From positions 75,064 through 139,063 of the forward strand of contig CAWFIR010000007.1 of the NCBI GenBank assembly GCA_963815995.1: DNA of 64,000 nucleotides, written 5' to 3'. The translations under genes and the position numbers were made by a program. Shown here one piece after another: positions 43,733 to 54,788 of the stretch. The DNA is from an uncultured Actinomycetota bacterium. Its GTDB lineage: Bacteria; Actinomycetota; Actinomycetes; Mycobacteriales; Mycobacteriaceae. Under the pieces are notes generated by a model. That model searched no databases and was not told the DNA's origin. It saw only the letters and a list, made by a program, of their open reading frames with translations. Within the stretch, counting starts at the first letter, position 1. The number at the start of each line of letters is the position of its first letter.

Positions 43733-45563
43733 ATGACTTCAGCGACCGTTCCTGGTCTGGATACCGCCCCGACGAACCACAAGGGGCTGCTGTCCTGGGT
43801 GGAGGAAGTCGCCGAGCTCACCCAGCCGGACCGGGTGGTCTTCGCGGACGGCTCCGACGAAGAGTGGCAGCGGCTCGCCGACCAGCTGGTCGAGGCCGGC
43901 ACCTTCACCAAGCTCAACGAGAAGAAGCACAAGAACTCCTACCTGGCGCTGTCGGACCCGTCCGACGTGGCGCGGGTCGAGTCGCGGACTTTCATCTGCT
44001 CGGAGCGTGAGGCCGACGCGGGCCCGACCAACAATTGGAAGCCCCCGGCCGAGATGCGGGCCACCATGACCGAGCTGTACCGCGGCTGCATGCGCGGGCG
44101 CACCATGTGGGTCGTCCCGTTCTGCATGGGCCCGCTCGGCGCCGACGACCCCAAGCTCGGCGTGGAGATCACCGACTCCGAGTACGTCGTCGCCTCGATG
44201 AAGGTGATGACCCGAATGGGCAAGGCCGCATTGGAAAAGCTTGGCGATGACGGCTTTTTCGTGAAGGCATTGCACTCAATCGGTGCTCCGCTGGAGCCCG
44301 GGCAAAAAGACGTGCCGTGGCCGTGCAATGACACCAAATACATCACGCACTTTCCGGAGACCCGGGAAATCTGGAGCTTCGGGTCCGGCTACGGCGGAAA
44401 TGCGTTGCTGGGCAAGAAATGCTATTCACTGCGGATCGCGTCGGCGATGGCCCACGACGAGGGCTGGCTCGCCGAGCACATGCTGATCCTCAAGCTGATC
44501 TCGCCGGAGAACAAGGCGTACTACTTCGCCGCGGCCTTCCCGTCGGCCTGTGGCAAGACGAACCTCGCGATGCTGCAGCCGACCATCCCCGGTTGGCGCG
44601 CCGAGACTCTCGGTGACGACATCGCCTGGATGCGGTTCGGCAAGGACGGCCGGCTGTACGCGGTCAACCCGGAGTTCGGTTTCTTCGGCGTCGCACCCGG
44701 CACGAACTGGGAGTCCAACCCCAACGCGATGCGCACCATCGAGGCGGGCAACACCGTCTTCACCAACGTCGGGCTCACCGACGAGGGCGGCGTGTGGTGG
44801 GAAGGCCTGGAAGGCGAGCCCGTGCACCTGATCGACTGGAAGGGCCACGACTGGTACTTCCGCGACACGGAAACGACGGCGGCGCACCCGAATTCCCGCT
44901 ACTGCACGCCGATGTCGCAGTGCCCGATCCTGGCCCCGGAGTGGGACGACCCGCAGGGCGTGCCGATCTCGGGGATCCTGTTCGGCGGCCGCCGCAAGAC
45001 CACGGTGCCGCTGGTGACCGAGGCGCGCGACTGGCAGCACGGCGTGTTCATCGGCGCCACCTTGGGCAGCGAGCAGACCGCGGCCGCCGAGGGCAAGGTC
45101 GGTAACGTGCGGCGCGACCCGATGGCCATGCTGCCGTTCCTGGGCTACCACGTCGGCGACTACTTCCAGCACTGGATCGGACCTGGGCAAGAACTCCGAC
45201 GATTCCAAGCTGCCGAAGATCTTCTTCGTCAACTGGTTCCGCCGCGGCGACGACGGCCGCTTCCTGTGGCCGGGCTTCGGCGAGAACAGCCGGGTGCTCA
45301 AGTGGATCGTCGACCGCATCGAGCACCAGGCCGGCGGCCAGGACACCCCGATCGGGGTGGTGCCGACCGCAGGGGACCTCGACCTTGACGGGCTCGACGT
45401 CGATGCCGCCGACGTGAACCGCGCGCTGGCGGTCGACGCCGACGAGTGGCGCCAGGAGCTGCCGCTGATCGAAGAATGGTTCGAGTTCGTCGGCGACAAG
45501 CTGCCCACCGGCGTCAAGGACGAGTTCGAGGCGCTCAAGCAGCGTCTGGCCGAGTCCGACTAG
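43733..45563 (+). pseudogene. pckA: GTP-dependent phosphoenolpyruvate carboxykinase, frameshift near 45180
   Basis: AGGAG RBS and [10 protein letters not shown] start; [18 protein letters not shown] and [10 protein letters not shown] motifs. The C-terminus (VNWFR...[13 protein letters not shown]) is in another frame. Confidence 0.93.
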
Positions 45564-45577
45564 CACTCCCGCGGCAG

Positions 45578-45636
45578 CGGCAGGGTTGCCACATCCGAAA
45601 GATCGGGTAGCCGAACTCCTGGATGTGACCCTGCTG
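45578..45636 (+). terminator. Long imperfect hairpin downstream of pckA
   Basis: CGGCAGGGT-TGC-CACATCC can pair with GGATGTG-ACCCTGCTG. Confidence 0.45.
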
Positions 45637-45721
45637 AGCAGCAAATTTGAGTTCTACGCCGCATCCATTCGCCTAGCCTGGCTAGGTTGCTGGATGGGTG
45701 CTCGGCGGGTACCTTAGCGAC

Positions 45722-47006
45722 GTGACAACCACCGCGTGCGCTGTAACGGAGTCCAGTGCCCGGTCGCGGACATTGTTCCGCTCACTCGCAATCGTCAGCG
45801 TCGTCATCTTCCCCGCTCTGGTGCTGCGAATCCTCGGTGTGTACCCGGAGCCGGTGCTGGGTCTGCTCGTCTACGGTGGCGCCGTCGTGGGCGCCAGCTT
45901 TGTGTTGGCGTGGGCTGCGGAAGCCGCCCAGATCGACGTCTCGGGCAGCCTGGCCGTCGCCGTGCTGGCCGTCATCGCCGTCCTTCCCGAGTACGCCGTC
46001 GACCTGTACTACGCCTACACCGCCGGCCACGCGCCCGCTTACACGCAGTACGCGGCGGCGAACATGACCGGCTCGAATCGGCTGCTGATGGGTCTCGGGT
46101 GGCCGGTCGTCGTTCTGGTCAGCGTCCTGGTGGCGCGCCGGGCCACCGGCCGCAAAGTCGGCGGACTGGACCTCGATGCCAGCAACCGGGTCGAGATCGG
46201 CTTCCTGATGGTCGCCGGAGTGGTCGCCTTCGTCATCCCGGTGACGGGGCGCATCCACATCGCCTTCGGTGTGGCACTACTGGCCTGGTTCGGCTTCTAC
46301 CTCTACAAGCTGAGTCGCGGTGAGGTCGAGGAACCCGAGCTGGTCGGCACCGCGGCCGCGCTGGGCGCACTGTCCGACCGGACGCGTCGGATCGCGGTAG
46401 CCGCACTGTTCATCTTCGCGGCTTTGGTGATCGTGACATGCGCAAAACCCTTCGCCGACAACCTGATCGGCGCCGGCACCAAACTCGGTATCGACCGCTT
46501 CCTGCTGGTGCAGTGGCTGGCCCCGCTGGCGTCGGAGGCGCCGGAGTTCATCATCGCGACCATCTTCGCCGCCAGGGGCAAGGGTGGCGCTCGCGATTTC
46601 GACGCTGGTCTCGGCGAAGGTCAACCAGTGGACGCTGCTGATCGGGTCGTTGCCGGTGGCGTTCATGCTCGGCGGCGGTGGCACCTCGATGCACCTGGAC
46701 GGCCGCCAGGTCGAGGAGGTCGTGCTCACCGCCGCCCAGACGTTGATGGGCGTCACGCTGTTGCTCGGTCTGCGGTTCCAGCGTTGGGCCGCATGGCTGC
46801 TGCTCGGGTTGTTCGTCGTGCAGTTCCCGCTCACCTCGACCGGGGGGCGCTTCGCCATCAGCGCCGTGTATGCGGCGGTAGCACTGGTCGCGCTGGTGAG
46901 CAATCGCCGCCAGGTGCTGCCGACGCTGGCCGCTCCGTTCGCCGGTCGGGCCAAACGTCACGGCGGTCACCCGCACCCGCCGCTCGAACCGGTGCACGAG
47001 GGCTAG
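45722..47006 (+). pseudogene. Na+/Ca2+ (CaCA family) antiporter, frameshift near 46583
   Basis: Alpha-repeat-like AVLPEY/ANMTGSN and ASEAPE/SAKVNQWTLL motifs; the C-terminal TM helices are in ORF 46584-47006. Confidence 0.8.
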
Positions 47007-47029
47007 CTGCAGCTCCTGACTAGCGACCT

Positions 47030-47045
47030 CTTGACAGCTGTCAAG
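47030..47045. promoter_or_regulatory. Perfect 16-bp palindrome, probable repressor operator upstream of fadD4
   Basis: CTTGACAGCTGTCAAG, followed by -10-like TACAGT (47057-47062) and ATG at 47069. Confidence 0.7.
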
Positions 47046-47068
47046 TTTCGCGGCGGTACAGTCTGCCC

Positions 47069-48597
47069 ATGCAGATTCGCCAGCACACCTCTGCTCAGGG
47101 CGCGGTCGACAAACCCGCGATCATTCTTCACCCGTCCGGCACGGTGATCACCTTCGACGAGTTGGAAGCCCGCGCCAATCGGCTGGCGCACTACTTCCGT
47201 CAGGCCGGTCTGGTCGAAGGCGACGCGGTCGCGATCCTGATGGAGAACAACGAGCACATCCACGCGGTCATGTGGGCGGCTCGTCGCGCCGGTCTGTACT
47301 ACGTGCCGATCAACACGCACCTGACCGCGGCGGAGGCGGCGTACATCATCGACAACAGCGCGGCCAAGGCCATCATCGGCTCCGCCGCGCTGCGCAAGAC
47401 CTGCGAGAACCTGGGTGAGCATTTGCCCGACGGCCTGCCCGCACTGCTGATGATCGCCGACGATGACCTCGACGGCTGGCAGCGCTACCCCGAATGTGTT
47501 GCGGATCAACCGGATACGCCGATCGACGACGAGGTCGAAGGTGATCTGCTGCAGTACTCCTCGGGCACCACCGGCCGGCCGAAGGGAATCAAGCGCGAGC
47601 TGCCGCACGTCTCGCCCGCGGCGGCGCCGGGCATGATGTCGGCCCTGGTCGGATTCTGGATGCACCCGGATGCGGTCTATCTCAGCCCGGCGCCGCTGTA
47701 TCACACCGCGCCGTCGGTGTGGTCGATGACCGTGCAGGCCGGCGGCATCACGACGGTGGTGTTGGAGAAGTTCGATGCCGAAGGCTGCTTGGATGCCATC
47801 CAGCGTCACCGGGTCACGCACGGACAATTCGTGCCCGTCATGTTCACCCGGATGCTGAAACTGCCTGAGGAGAACGCAATTCGTTCGACCTGTCCAGTCT
47901 GGAACGAGTGATGCACGCGGCGGCGCCCTGCCCGGTGGAAATCAAGAAGCAGATGATCGACTGGTGGGGGCCGATTGTCGATGAGTACTACGCCTCCTCG
48001 GAAGCCATCGGGTCGACGTTGATCAGCGCCGAGGAGTGGCTGGCGCACCCCGGTTCGGTCGGCAAGCCGATGATGTGCCAGCTCCACATCCTCGACGAAG
48101 ACGGCAATGAGTTGCCGCCCGGCCAACCCGGCGAAATCTATTTCGAGGGAGGCTTTTCCTTCGAATACCTCAACGACACGGCGAAGACCGCGGCCTCCCG
48201 CGACAAGCACGGCTGGACGACGGTCGGCGACGTCGGCTACGTCGACGAAGACGGCTACCTGTTCCTGACCGACCGTCGCCATCACATGATCATCTCCGGT
48301 GGCGTGAACATCTATCCGCAGGAAGCCGAAAATCTGCTCGTCACCCATCCAAAGGTGCTGGACGCAGCGGTGTTCGGCATTCCGGACGACGAGATGGGCC
48401 AAAGCGTCAAAGCCGCGGTGCAAACCGTCGACCCGGCGGACGCGACCGACGAGTTCGCCGATGAACTGGTCAGCTGGCTGCGAGAACGGTTGGCGCACTA
48501 CAAGTGTCCACGGTCGATCTCGTTCGAGGCGCAGCTGCCACGTACCGATACCGGAAAAATGTTCAAACACGAACTGGTCAAGAAGTATTCGGTGTGA
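47069..48597 (+). pseudogene. fadD4: Acyl-CoA synthetase FadD4 (Rv0214 ortholog), frameshift near 47875
   Basis: YSSGTTGRPKG AMP-binding motif, EYYASSE, GDVGYVDEDGYL and LPRTDTGK; split into ORFs 47069-47911 and 47908-48597. Confidence 0.88.
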
Positions 48598-49536
48598 CGC
48601 TGCGCGTCGTCGATGTGTCGGAGCTTGACTCCGCGCTCGACTCTGCATTGCTCGGAGTTCCGGTGGTGGCCGTCGGGTCGTTGGCGGATGCATCCGAATT
48701 CTGGCTTGAGCAAGCCACATTCACCCTGACCGAGGATGACGCCGACGACCGCCGGGTGATCACCGTCGCCTCGATCGACGCGGCGCTGAGTGACCTGACC
48801 GCGCGGGCCGAACGCTGGCCGATCGCGGCGGCGACGTGTGACGACGTATTGCGTGCGGTGGATCCGGCCGCTGCGGCGCTGTCCGGCGTGGTGACCGAGT
48901 CGCTGGCCTACTCGACGCTGCAGGCCGGCCCGGAGTTCGCCCGCTGGCTGGCCGACCGTGGTCCCGCGGTAATGCCCGACATCGCCGATCCGGTGCAGGC
49001 CCACCGCGACGGCGACACGTTGCGGATCGCGTTCAACCGCCCGCAGCGGCACAACGCGTTCTCTACCGATGCCCGCGCTGCGCTGCTCGAGGCTTTGGCT
49101 GTGGCGCAACTCGATTCGTCGGTCGCCGAGGTCGTGCTGACCGGCAATGGACCGTCGTTCTGCAGCGGGGGCGATCTCGACGAGTTCGGCACATTCGCCG
49201 ACCCGGCCAGCGCCCATCTGGCCCGCACCCGTTACAGCCCGGCGCTGGCGCTCGACGCGGTGACCGCCCGGCTCGGGGCGGCGTGCCGCGCCGAGGTGCA
49301 CGGTCAGGTGCTGGGCAGCGGTCTGGAGATGGCCGCATTCTGCGGTCGGGTCGAGGCGCACCCGAGACGGTGTTCGGGTTGCCCGAGTTGAGACTTGGCC
49401 TGATTCCCGGCGCCGGCGGCACGGTGAGCGTGACCCGAAGGATAGGACGTTGGCGCACAGCGTATTTGGTGTTGGGGGCGTTACCCTCGACGCTGACACC
49501 GCGCTGGCCTGGGGTCTCGTCGACGCGTTCCGATAA
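48594..49536 (+). pseudogene. Enoyl-CoA hydratase/isomerase family protein, frameshifts near 49365 and 49478
   Basis: FNRPQRHNA, SFCSGGDL and GSGLE; then FGLPELRLGLIPGAGG and ALAWGLVD-stop in shifted frames. Confidence 0.82.
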
Positions 49537-50780
49537 ACCACGAAACAGAAGCCGATGGCTGGATTTGAGCGACTTGAGTTCCTGCCATAGCTGCTGCTTC
49601 GCGAGTCGGCGAGCTGTGGCAGATTCCGCCGCGGGAGACCAGCTGCGCGGCGATGACATTGCGCTGAATTTCATTGGTGCCCTCACCGACGATCATCAGC
49701 GGGGCATCGCGGAAGTACCGCTCGACGTCGTATTCGGTGGAATACCCGTAGCCGCCGTGGATCCGCACGGCATTGAGCGCGATCTCCATCGCCACCTCGG
49801 AGGCGAACAGCTTGGCCATCCCGGCCTCCATGTCGCAGCGCTCGCCGCTGTCGTAACGCTCGGCGGCATAACGGGTCAACTGGCGGGCGGCGGTCAGCTT
49901 GGTCGCCATCTCGGCCAGGTAGTTGCCGACCGACTGATGCTTCCAGATCGGCTGACCAAAGCTCTCCCGCTGCTGCGCGTAGGCCAGCGCGTCGTCAAGC
50001 GCGGCGGTCGCCACCCCTAACGCGCGCGACGCCACCTGGATACGGCCGGTTTCAAGGCCTTTCATCATCTGCGAAAAGCCTTGGCCCGCTGCGCCGCCCA
50101 GGATCGCCGAGTGCGGCACCCGATAGCCGTCGAACGACAGCTCGCAACTCTCCACACCCTTGTAGCCCAGCTTGGGCAGGTCGCGCGACACTGTGAGCCC
50201 GGGGCCGTGTTCGGCGAGCAGCACCGAGATGCCGGTGTGCCGAGGCTGGGCGGCCGGGTCGGTTTTGCAGAGCAGCGCGATCAGCCCGGACCGGCGCGCG
50301 TTGGAGATCCACGTCTTCGAGCCGTTGACGACGAGTACAGAGTCGTCTGCGCCGTCCGGCGTAGCGGTGGTCGTCATGTTCTGCAGATCGCTGCCACCGC
50401 CGGCTCGGTGAGTGCCATCGTCGCGCGCAGTTCACCGGTGCCCATCGGCGGCAGATAGCGCTGCTTCTGCTCATCCGTGCCGAACAGCGTCAGTAGCTTG
50501 GCCACCACCGTGTGGCCACCCATCGCGCCGGCCAGGCTCATCCAGCCGCGCGCCAACTCCTGGGTGACCAGCACGTAGCACGGCATCGACACCGGGGTGC
50601 CGCCGTACTCCTCGGGCACGGCCAGGCCGTAGATGCCGATGCGCTTCATCTGCTCGATCCACGCTTCGGGATACTCGTTGGCATGCTCGACTTCGCGCAC
50701 CGTCGGCCTGACCTCTTTGTCAACGAACTCGCGCACCGTCGCGACCAGCATTGCCTCGTCATCGTTCAGTGCGTGCTCAC
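49481..50780 (-). pseudogene. fadE3: Acyl-CoA dehydrogenase FadE3 (Rv0215c ortholog), frameshift near 50395; both ends approximate
   Basis: LNDDEAMLVATVR...MALTEP in one frame; INGSKTWISN-type motif and IHGGYGY...VGEGTNEIQR in another. Confidence 0.85.
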
Positions 50781-50859
50781 CCCAGTCGCGCTCGGCAATG
50801 TTGGCATAGGCGCGGGCAAGCGATCCGGCAATGGTGGCAGGCGGCGAATCGGGGCAACC

Positions 50860-51845
50860 ATGACCGTCGGCCCGTACTTCGACCAGGTGCACACCGGCCA
50901 GGTCTTCACCGGTGCGCCGTCGATGACGCTCACCCCCGGCCTGGCAGCCGTGCACCAGAGCATCCTCGGTGACCGGTTGCGGTTGCCGCTGGACGCCGAG
51001 CTGTCCGCCGCGGTCACCGGGTTGGCGGCGCCGCTGGCGCACCCGGGCTTGGTCTGCGACGTCGCGATCGGCCAGTCGACGCTGGCCACCCAGCACGTCA
51101 AGGCCAACCTGTTCTACCGCGGGCTGACGTTCTTCCGCTTCCCGGCGATCGGCGACACATTGTTCACCCGCACCGAGGTCGTCGGTCTGAAGAAGAATTC
51201 CGCCAAGCCGGGCCGGGCGCCCACCGGCCTGATGGCCCTGCGGATCACCACCATCGACCAGGCCGACCGGCTCATCCTGGACTTCTACCGCTGCGCGATG
51301 CTGCCGCTGAGCACTGGCGCCGACCCCGACTCCGCCGACCATGACGACGACCTGTCGACGATCGGCGCCGATCTGGCTCGCCACCGTCGGCGGCCGCCGA
51401 TTGGAATGGCGAGGTCTTCCGGGAGCGTGTCACCGGGCCGCACTTCGATACCGGCCTGGCCGGATCGGTGTTGCACAGTAGCGCCGACGTGGTTACCAGC
51501 GCGCCGGAGCTGGCCCGCCTCACCTTGAATATTGCCGGCGTGCATCATGATTCGCGTCTTGGTGGCCGTCGCCTGGTCTACGGCGGGCACACCATCGGAT
51601 TGGCGCTGGCGCAGGCCAGCAAGCTGTTGCCGAACCTGGCGACCGTGCTGGGCTGGCAGTCTTGCGACCACACCGCGCCGGTGTACGAGGGCGACACTGT
51701 CTATAGCGAGTTGCACATCGAATCCGCCGAGCCGACCGAAGGCGGCGGGGTACTGGGATTGCGGTCGCTGGTCTACGCGTTCAGCGATCCGCCGGACGAG
51801 CCACGCCAAGTCCTGGACTGGCGATTCACGGCGCTGCAGTTCTGA
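50860..51845 (+). pseudogene. Double hotdog MaoC-like hydratase (Rv0216 ortholog), frameshift near 51380
   Basis: GPYFD...HQSILGDRLRL first half; LTLNIAGVHHD...CDHTAPVYEGDT second half. Confidence 0.85.
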
Positions 51846-51855
51846 GGATCAGGCG

Positions 51856-52976
51856 GTGAGCGCGACGTCGGAGTGGGCCACGGTGCTGGTGGAAGCCCGC
51901 CGGGTGGCCGCCGATGTCGCTGGGCTCCTCGGCGTCGAGGTCGACGCCGAAACCATTCTGACCGGTCGGGCAGCGATCATGAACCTGAGCCGCCGGGGCC
52001 GAATCTCGTCGGGTGGCGCCACCCGACTGCTGACCGACAGTTGACGGTTGGTGCGCGGTCGCATTGCCCCGTGACGATGACGTCGCGGCACTACCGGCGC
52101 TGATGGAAGTCGATAGCGTCACCGGTGATCCGTGGGCAGTGCTATCCGTTGGGCGGCAACGCGTTCTACCGCTGAGGTGGTTGATCGGGCCCGACTCCTT
52201 GACATCGCGGTCGCAGCGTTGGGCGAAGTCGCCGCGGAGTCACCGACCGTGCGCCGCTCCGGCACCCCCGTCGGCCGCGGCGGCCCGACGGGCTCTTGGT
52301 GGCGGACTTGTCGTCGTTGTGGGCCGGGCCGCTCTGCGGTCAGCTGCTCGCTCGCGCGGGTGCCGTCGTCGTCAAGGTGGAAAGCCCCAGTCGACCGGAT
52401 GGCGCCCGACGCGGCGAACCCGCCTTCTTCGATTGGATGAATGCCGGAAAGCTCTCGTATTGCCTCGATTTCGACAGCGAAAGTGATGCGCTGCACCGGT
52501 TGCTCGATGCCGCGGACATCGTGATCGAAGGCTCTCGCCCCGCGGCGTTGCGACGACGTGGATTAAGTGCGGAGGATCTGGCCGGCCGGGCGGGTCGAAT
52601 CTGGTTGCGTATCAGTGGTTATCGTGACCAGCCCGACCGGCCGGCGTTCGGGGATGACGCGGCGGTCGCGGGCGGACTGGTCTGCGGTGGCGCTGACGGG
52701 CCGGTGTTCTGCGGCGACGCGATCGCGGACCCGCTCACCGGACTGGAGGCGGCGCGCGCGGTGGGAGAGTCGCTGCACCGTGGTGGCGGTGCGGTGATCG
52801 AGGTGTCGATGGCCCAGATAGCCGCCCGATACGCGGCCCTGACGCGATCGCCGGATTCCGATGCGGCGGTTGAGTCGTCCACGTTGCCACCGGCTGTTGC
52901 GCCCGCATCGCCGCTGGGAGCCGACAACGCCGCGGTCGAGCTGCTGGTATGCGAGAGGCTCTGTGCACCGTGCTGA
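51856..52976 (+). pseudogene. Class III CoA-transferase (CaiB/BaiF family), frameshifts near 52040 and 52145
   Basis: VADLSSLWAGPLCGQLLARAGAVVVKVE and FFDWMNAGKLS motifs; N-terminal pieces lie in two other frames. Confidence 0.8.
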
Positions 52977-54271
52977 TTCAGCGCGCGGTGAAGCTGGATG
53001 GCGCGGCCGTCGACCTGCGGGTGAGCGCATCGATCGACGAACTCGCCGACACCTTGGCGCCACGGCCCGGCGAGGACGTGCTGGACGCAGCGGGCGGGAC
53101 CGTGCTGCCCGGCCTGCACGACCACCATGTGCACCTGTTTTCGGCGGCTGCCGCGGCGACGTCGCTAAGGGTCGGGCCGCCGCAGGTCCGCGACCGCGAC
53201 GGACTGGCCGCGGCGCTGGCCAGCGTCGAAGCAGGCGACGACGGCTGGATCCGCGCGGTGGGCTATCACGACTCGGTCGCCGGACCGCTGGACCGCTACG
53301 TGCTGGACGCAATGGCTCCGGGCGTGCCACTGCGCGTTCAGCATCGCAGCGGAGTGCTGTGGATCCTCAACTCGGCGGGTCTGGAGCGCGTCGGCCTGGC
53401 GGGGCACCCGGATGGCCGGCTGCGCAGCACCGACTCCTGGGCGGATGCGTTGGGTCGCAGCGTGACCAGCCTGGCCGACCTCAGCGAACGGCTCAGCCGC
53501 TGCGGTGTCACCGGGATCACCGATGCCACACCGGATCTCGATATCGCCGACATCGTCCGATTGTCGGACCTGCACCGGCACGGTGAACTGCGGCAGCGCG
53601 TGCATTGCCTGGCCCCGGGTAAGCGCATCCTGCATGACGACGACCTGGACCTCGAGCAGCTGGTCGGCTGGATCGTCGACCGGCATCGCGACGCCCACCC
53701 GGTGGCCGTCCACTGCGTCACCGCCGCTCAATTGTTGGTCACCATCGCCGCGCTGCGCGAAGCCGGCTCTCGGCCGGGCGATCGCATCGAGCACGCCGCT
53801 GTGGTTCCGGCGGATTGTCTCGCCGATCTTGCCGACCTCGGGGTGACGGTGGTGACCCAACCCAATTTCGTTGCGGAGCGCGGTGATCAGTACCTCGACG
53901 AGATCCCCGCCGCCGAGCACGGTCAACTCTGGCGGGTGGCGTCGCTGCTCGACGCGGGCGTGCCGGTGGCCCTGTCGACCGATATGCCCTTCGGCGACGG
54001 TGACCCGTGGGCGGCGATCCGAGCCGCTGTGCACCGCACCACACCCAGCGGAGCCGTGCTGGGCATCGACGAATGCGTCTCTGCCCGAACGGCTTTGACG
54101 ATGTTCTTGGGCCGACCCGATCAGCCCACCCATCCGCGGACCCTTGAACCCGGCCAGCCGGCGGACCTGTGCGTGCTGAGCGTGCCGCCCGAAACCGCGC
54201 TCGCCGAACTGGAGGCAGGGATGGTGGCCGCAACCGTCGTCGGCGGGCATATGGTCTACGCGGCAGGGTGA
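52970..54271 (+). CDS. Amidohydrolase family (YtcJ-like) metal-dependent hydrolase
   Basis: LPGLHDHHVH, VAVHC, RIEHA, STDMP and GQPADL motifs. Confidence 0.9.
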   Translation: MLIQRAVKLDGAAVDLRVSASIDELADTLAPRPGEDVLDAAGGTVLPGLHDHHVHLFSAAAAATSLRVGPPQVRDRDGLAAALASVEAGDDGWIRAVGYHDSVAGPLDRYVLDAMAPGVPLRVQHRSGVLWILNSAGLERVGLAGHPDGRLRSTDSWADALGRSVTSLADLSERLSRCGVTGITDATPDLDIADIVRLSDLHRHGELRQRVHCLAPGKRILHDDDLDLEQLVGWIVDRHRDAHPVAVHCVTAAQLLVTIAALREAGSRPGDRIEHAAVVPADCLADLADLGVTVVTQPNFVAERGDQYLDEIPAAEHGQLWRVASLLDAGVPVALSTDMPFGDGDPWAAIRAAVHRTTPSGAVLGIDECVSARTALTMFLGRPDQPTHPRTLEPGQPADLCVLSVPPETALAELEAGMVAATVVGGHMVYAAG

Positions 54272-54272
54272 A

Positions 54273-54680
54273 TCAAGAGATTTCGCCGACGAGATAGCGC
54301 TGCAAGGTCGGTGCGACCGCGTCGACCAGAGTGTCGACATCCATGGACTGGATCGGCTCGACGCGCACCACGTAACGCATGATGCCCACGCCGACCACTT
54401 GTGAAGAACACAGCGCCGCGCGAAACGTGATCTGGTCGGCACCGAGCGCCTTGAGCAGTGGGTCGAAGACCGGGCCGATGAACAGTCCCTGCGCGACGTC
54501 GACCGTTTTGGCCAGCCCCGCCGTGGCGATCGCGCCGGCAGCGAACGGACCTCCGCCGGTGGCATCCCAGGTGGTGATCAGCATGTGCAGCGTTCGCCGA
54601 CCGGCTTGGTTCACCCCTCCGCGGATGATCCGGTCGATGAAGTCCGGCGTCCGGAACGGCAGACGCAGCTTGCGTGCCAC
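54273..54680 (-). CDS. Stand-alone TetR C-terminal (ligand-binding) domain protein lacking an HTH
   Basis: RAALCSSQVVGVGIMRYVVRVEP...VAPTLQRYL resembles the actinobacterial TetR_C domain; no HTH upstream; start uncertain (54680 or 54761). Confidence 0.65.
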   Translation of the reverse strand: MARKLRLPFRTPDFIDRIIRGGVNQAGRRTLHMLITTWDATGGGPFAAGAIATAGLAKTVDVAQGLFIGPVFDPLLKALGADQITFRAALCSSQVVGVGIMRYVVRVEPIQSMDVDTLVDAVAPTLQRYLVGEIS

Positions 54681-54788
54681 CGGGTCAAGAATCCCGCGAA
54701 ACGGGATTTCGGGAGGGGCCACGCTGTCAGGATGGGCGTAGCGCAGACAAAGTTCAAGCATCGTCCGGGCGCGTCGCAGCGCGCCGAA

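Noticed and set aside
49481-49620. C-terminal extension of fadE3 overlapping the enoyl-CoA hydratase end
   Set aside because: Probably loss of the stop after ...SRGGI through a sequence error; the extension has no protein-like features.
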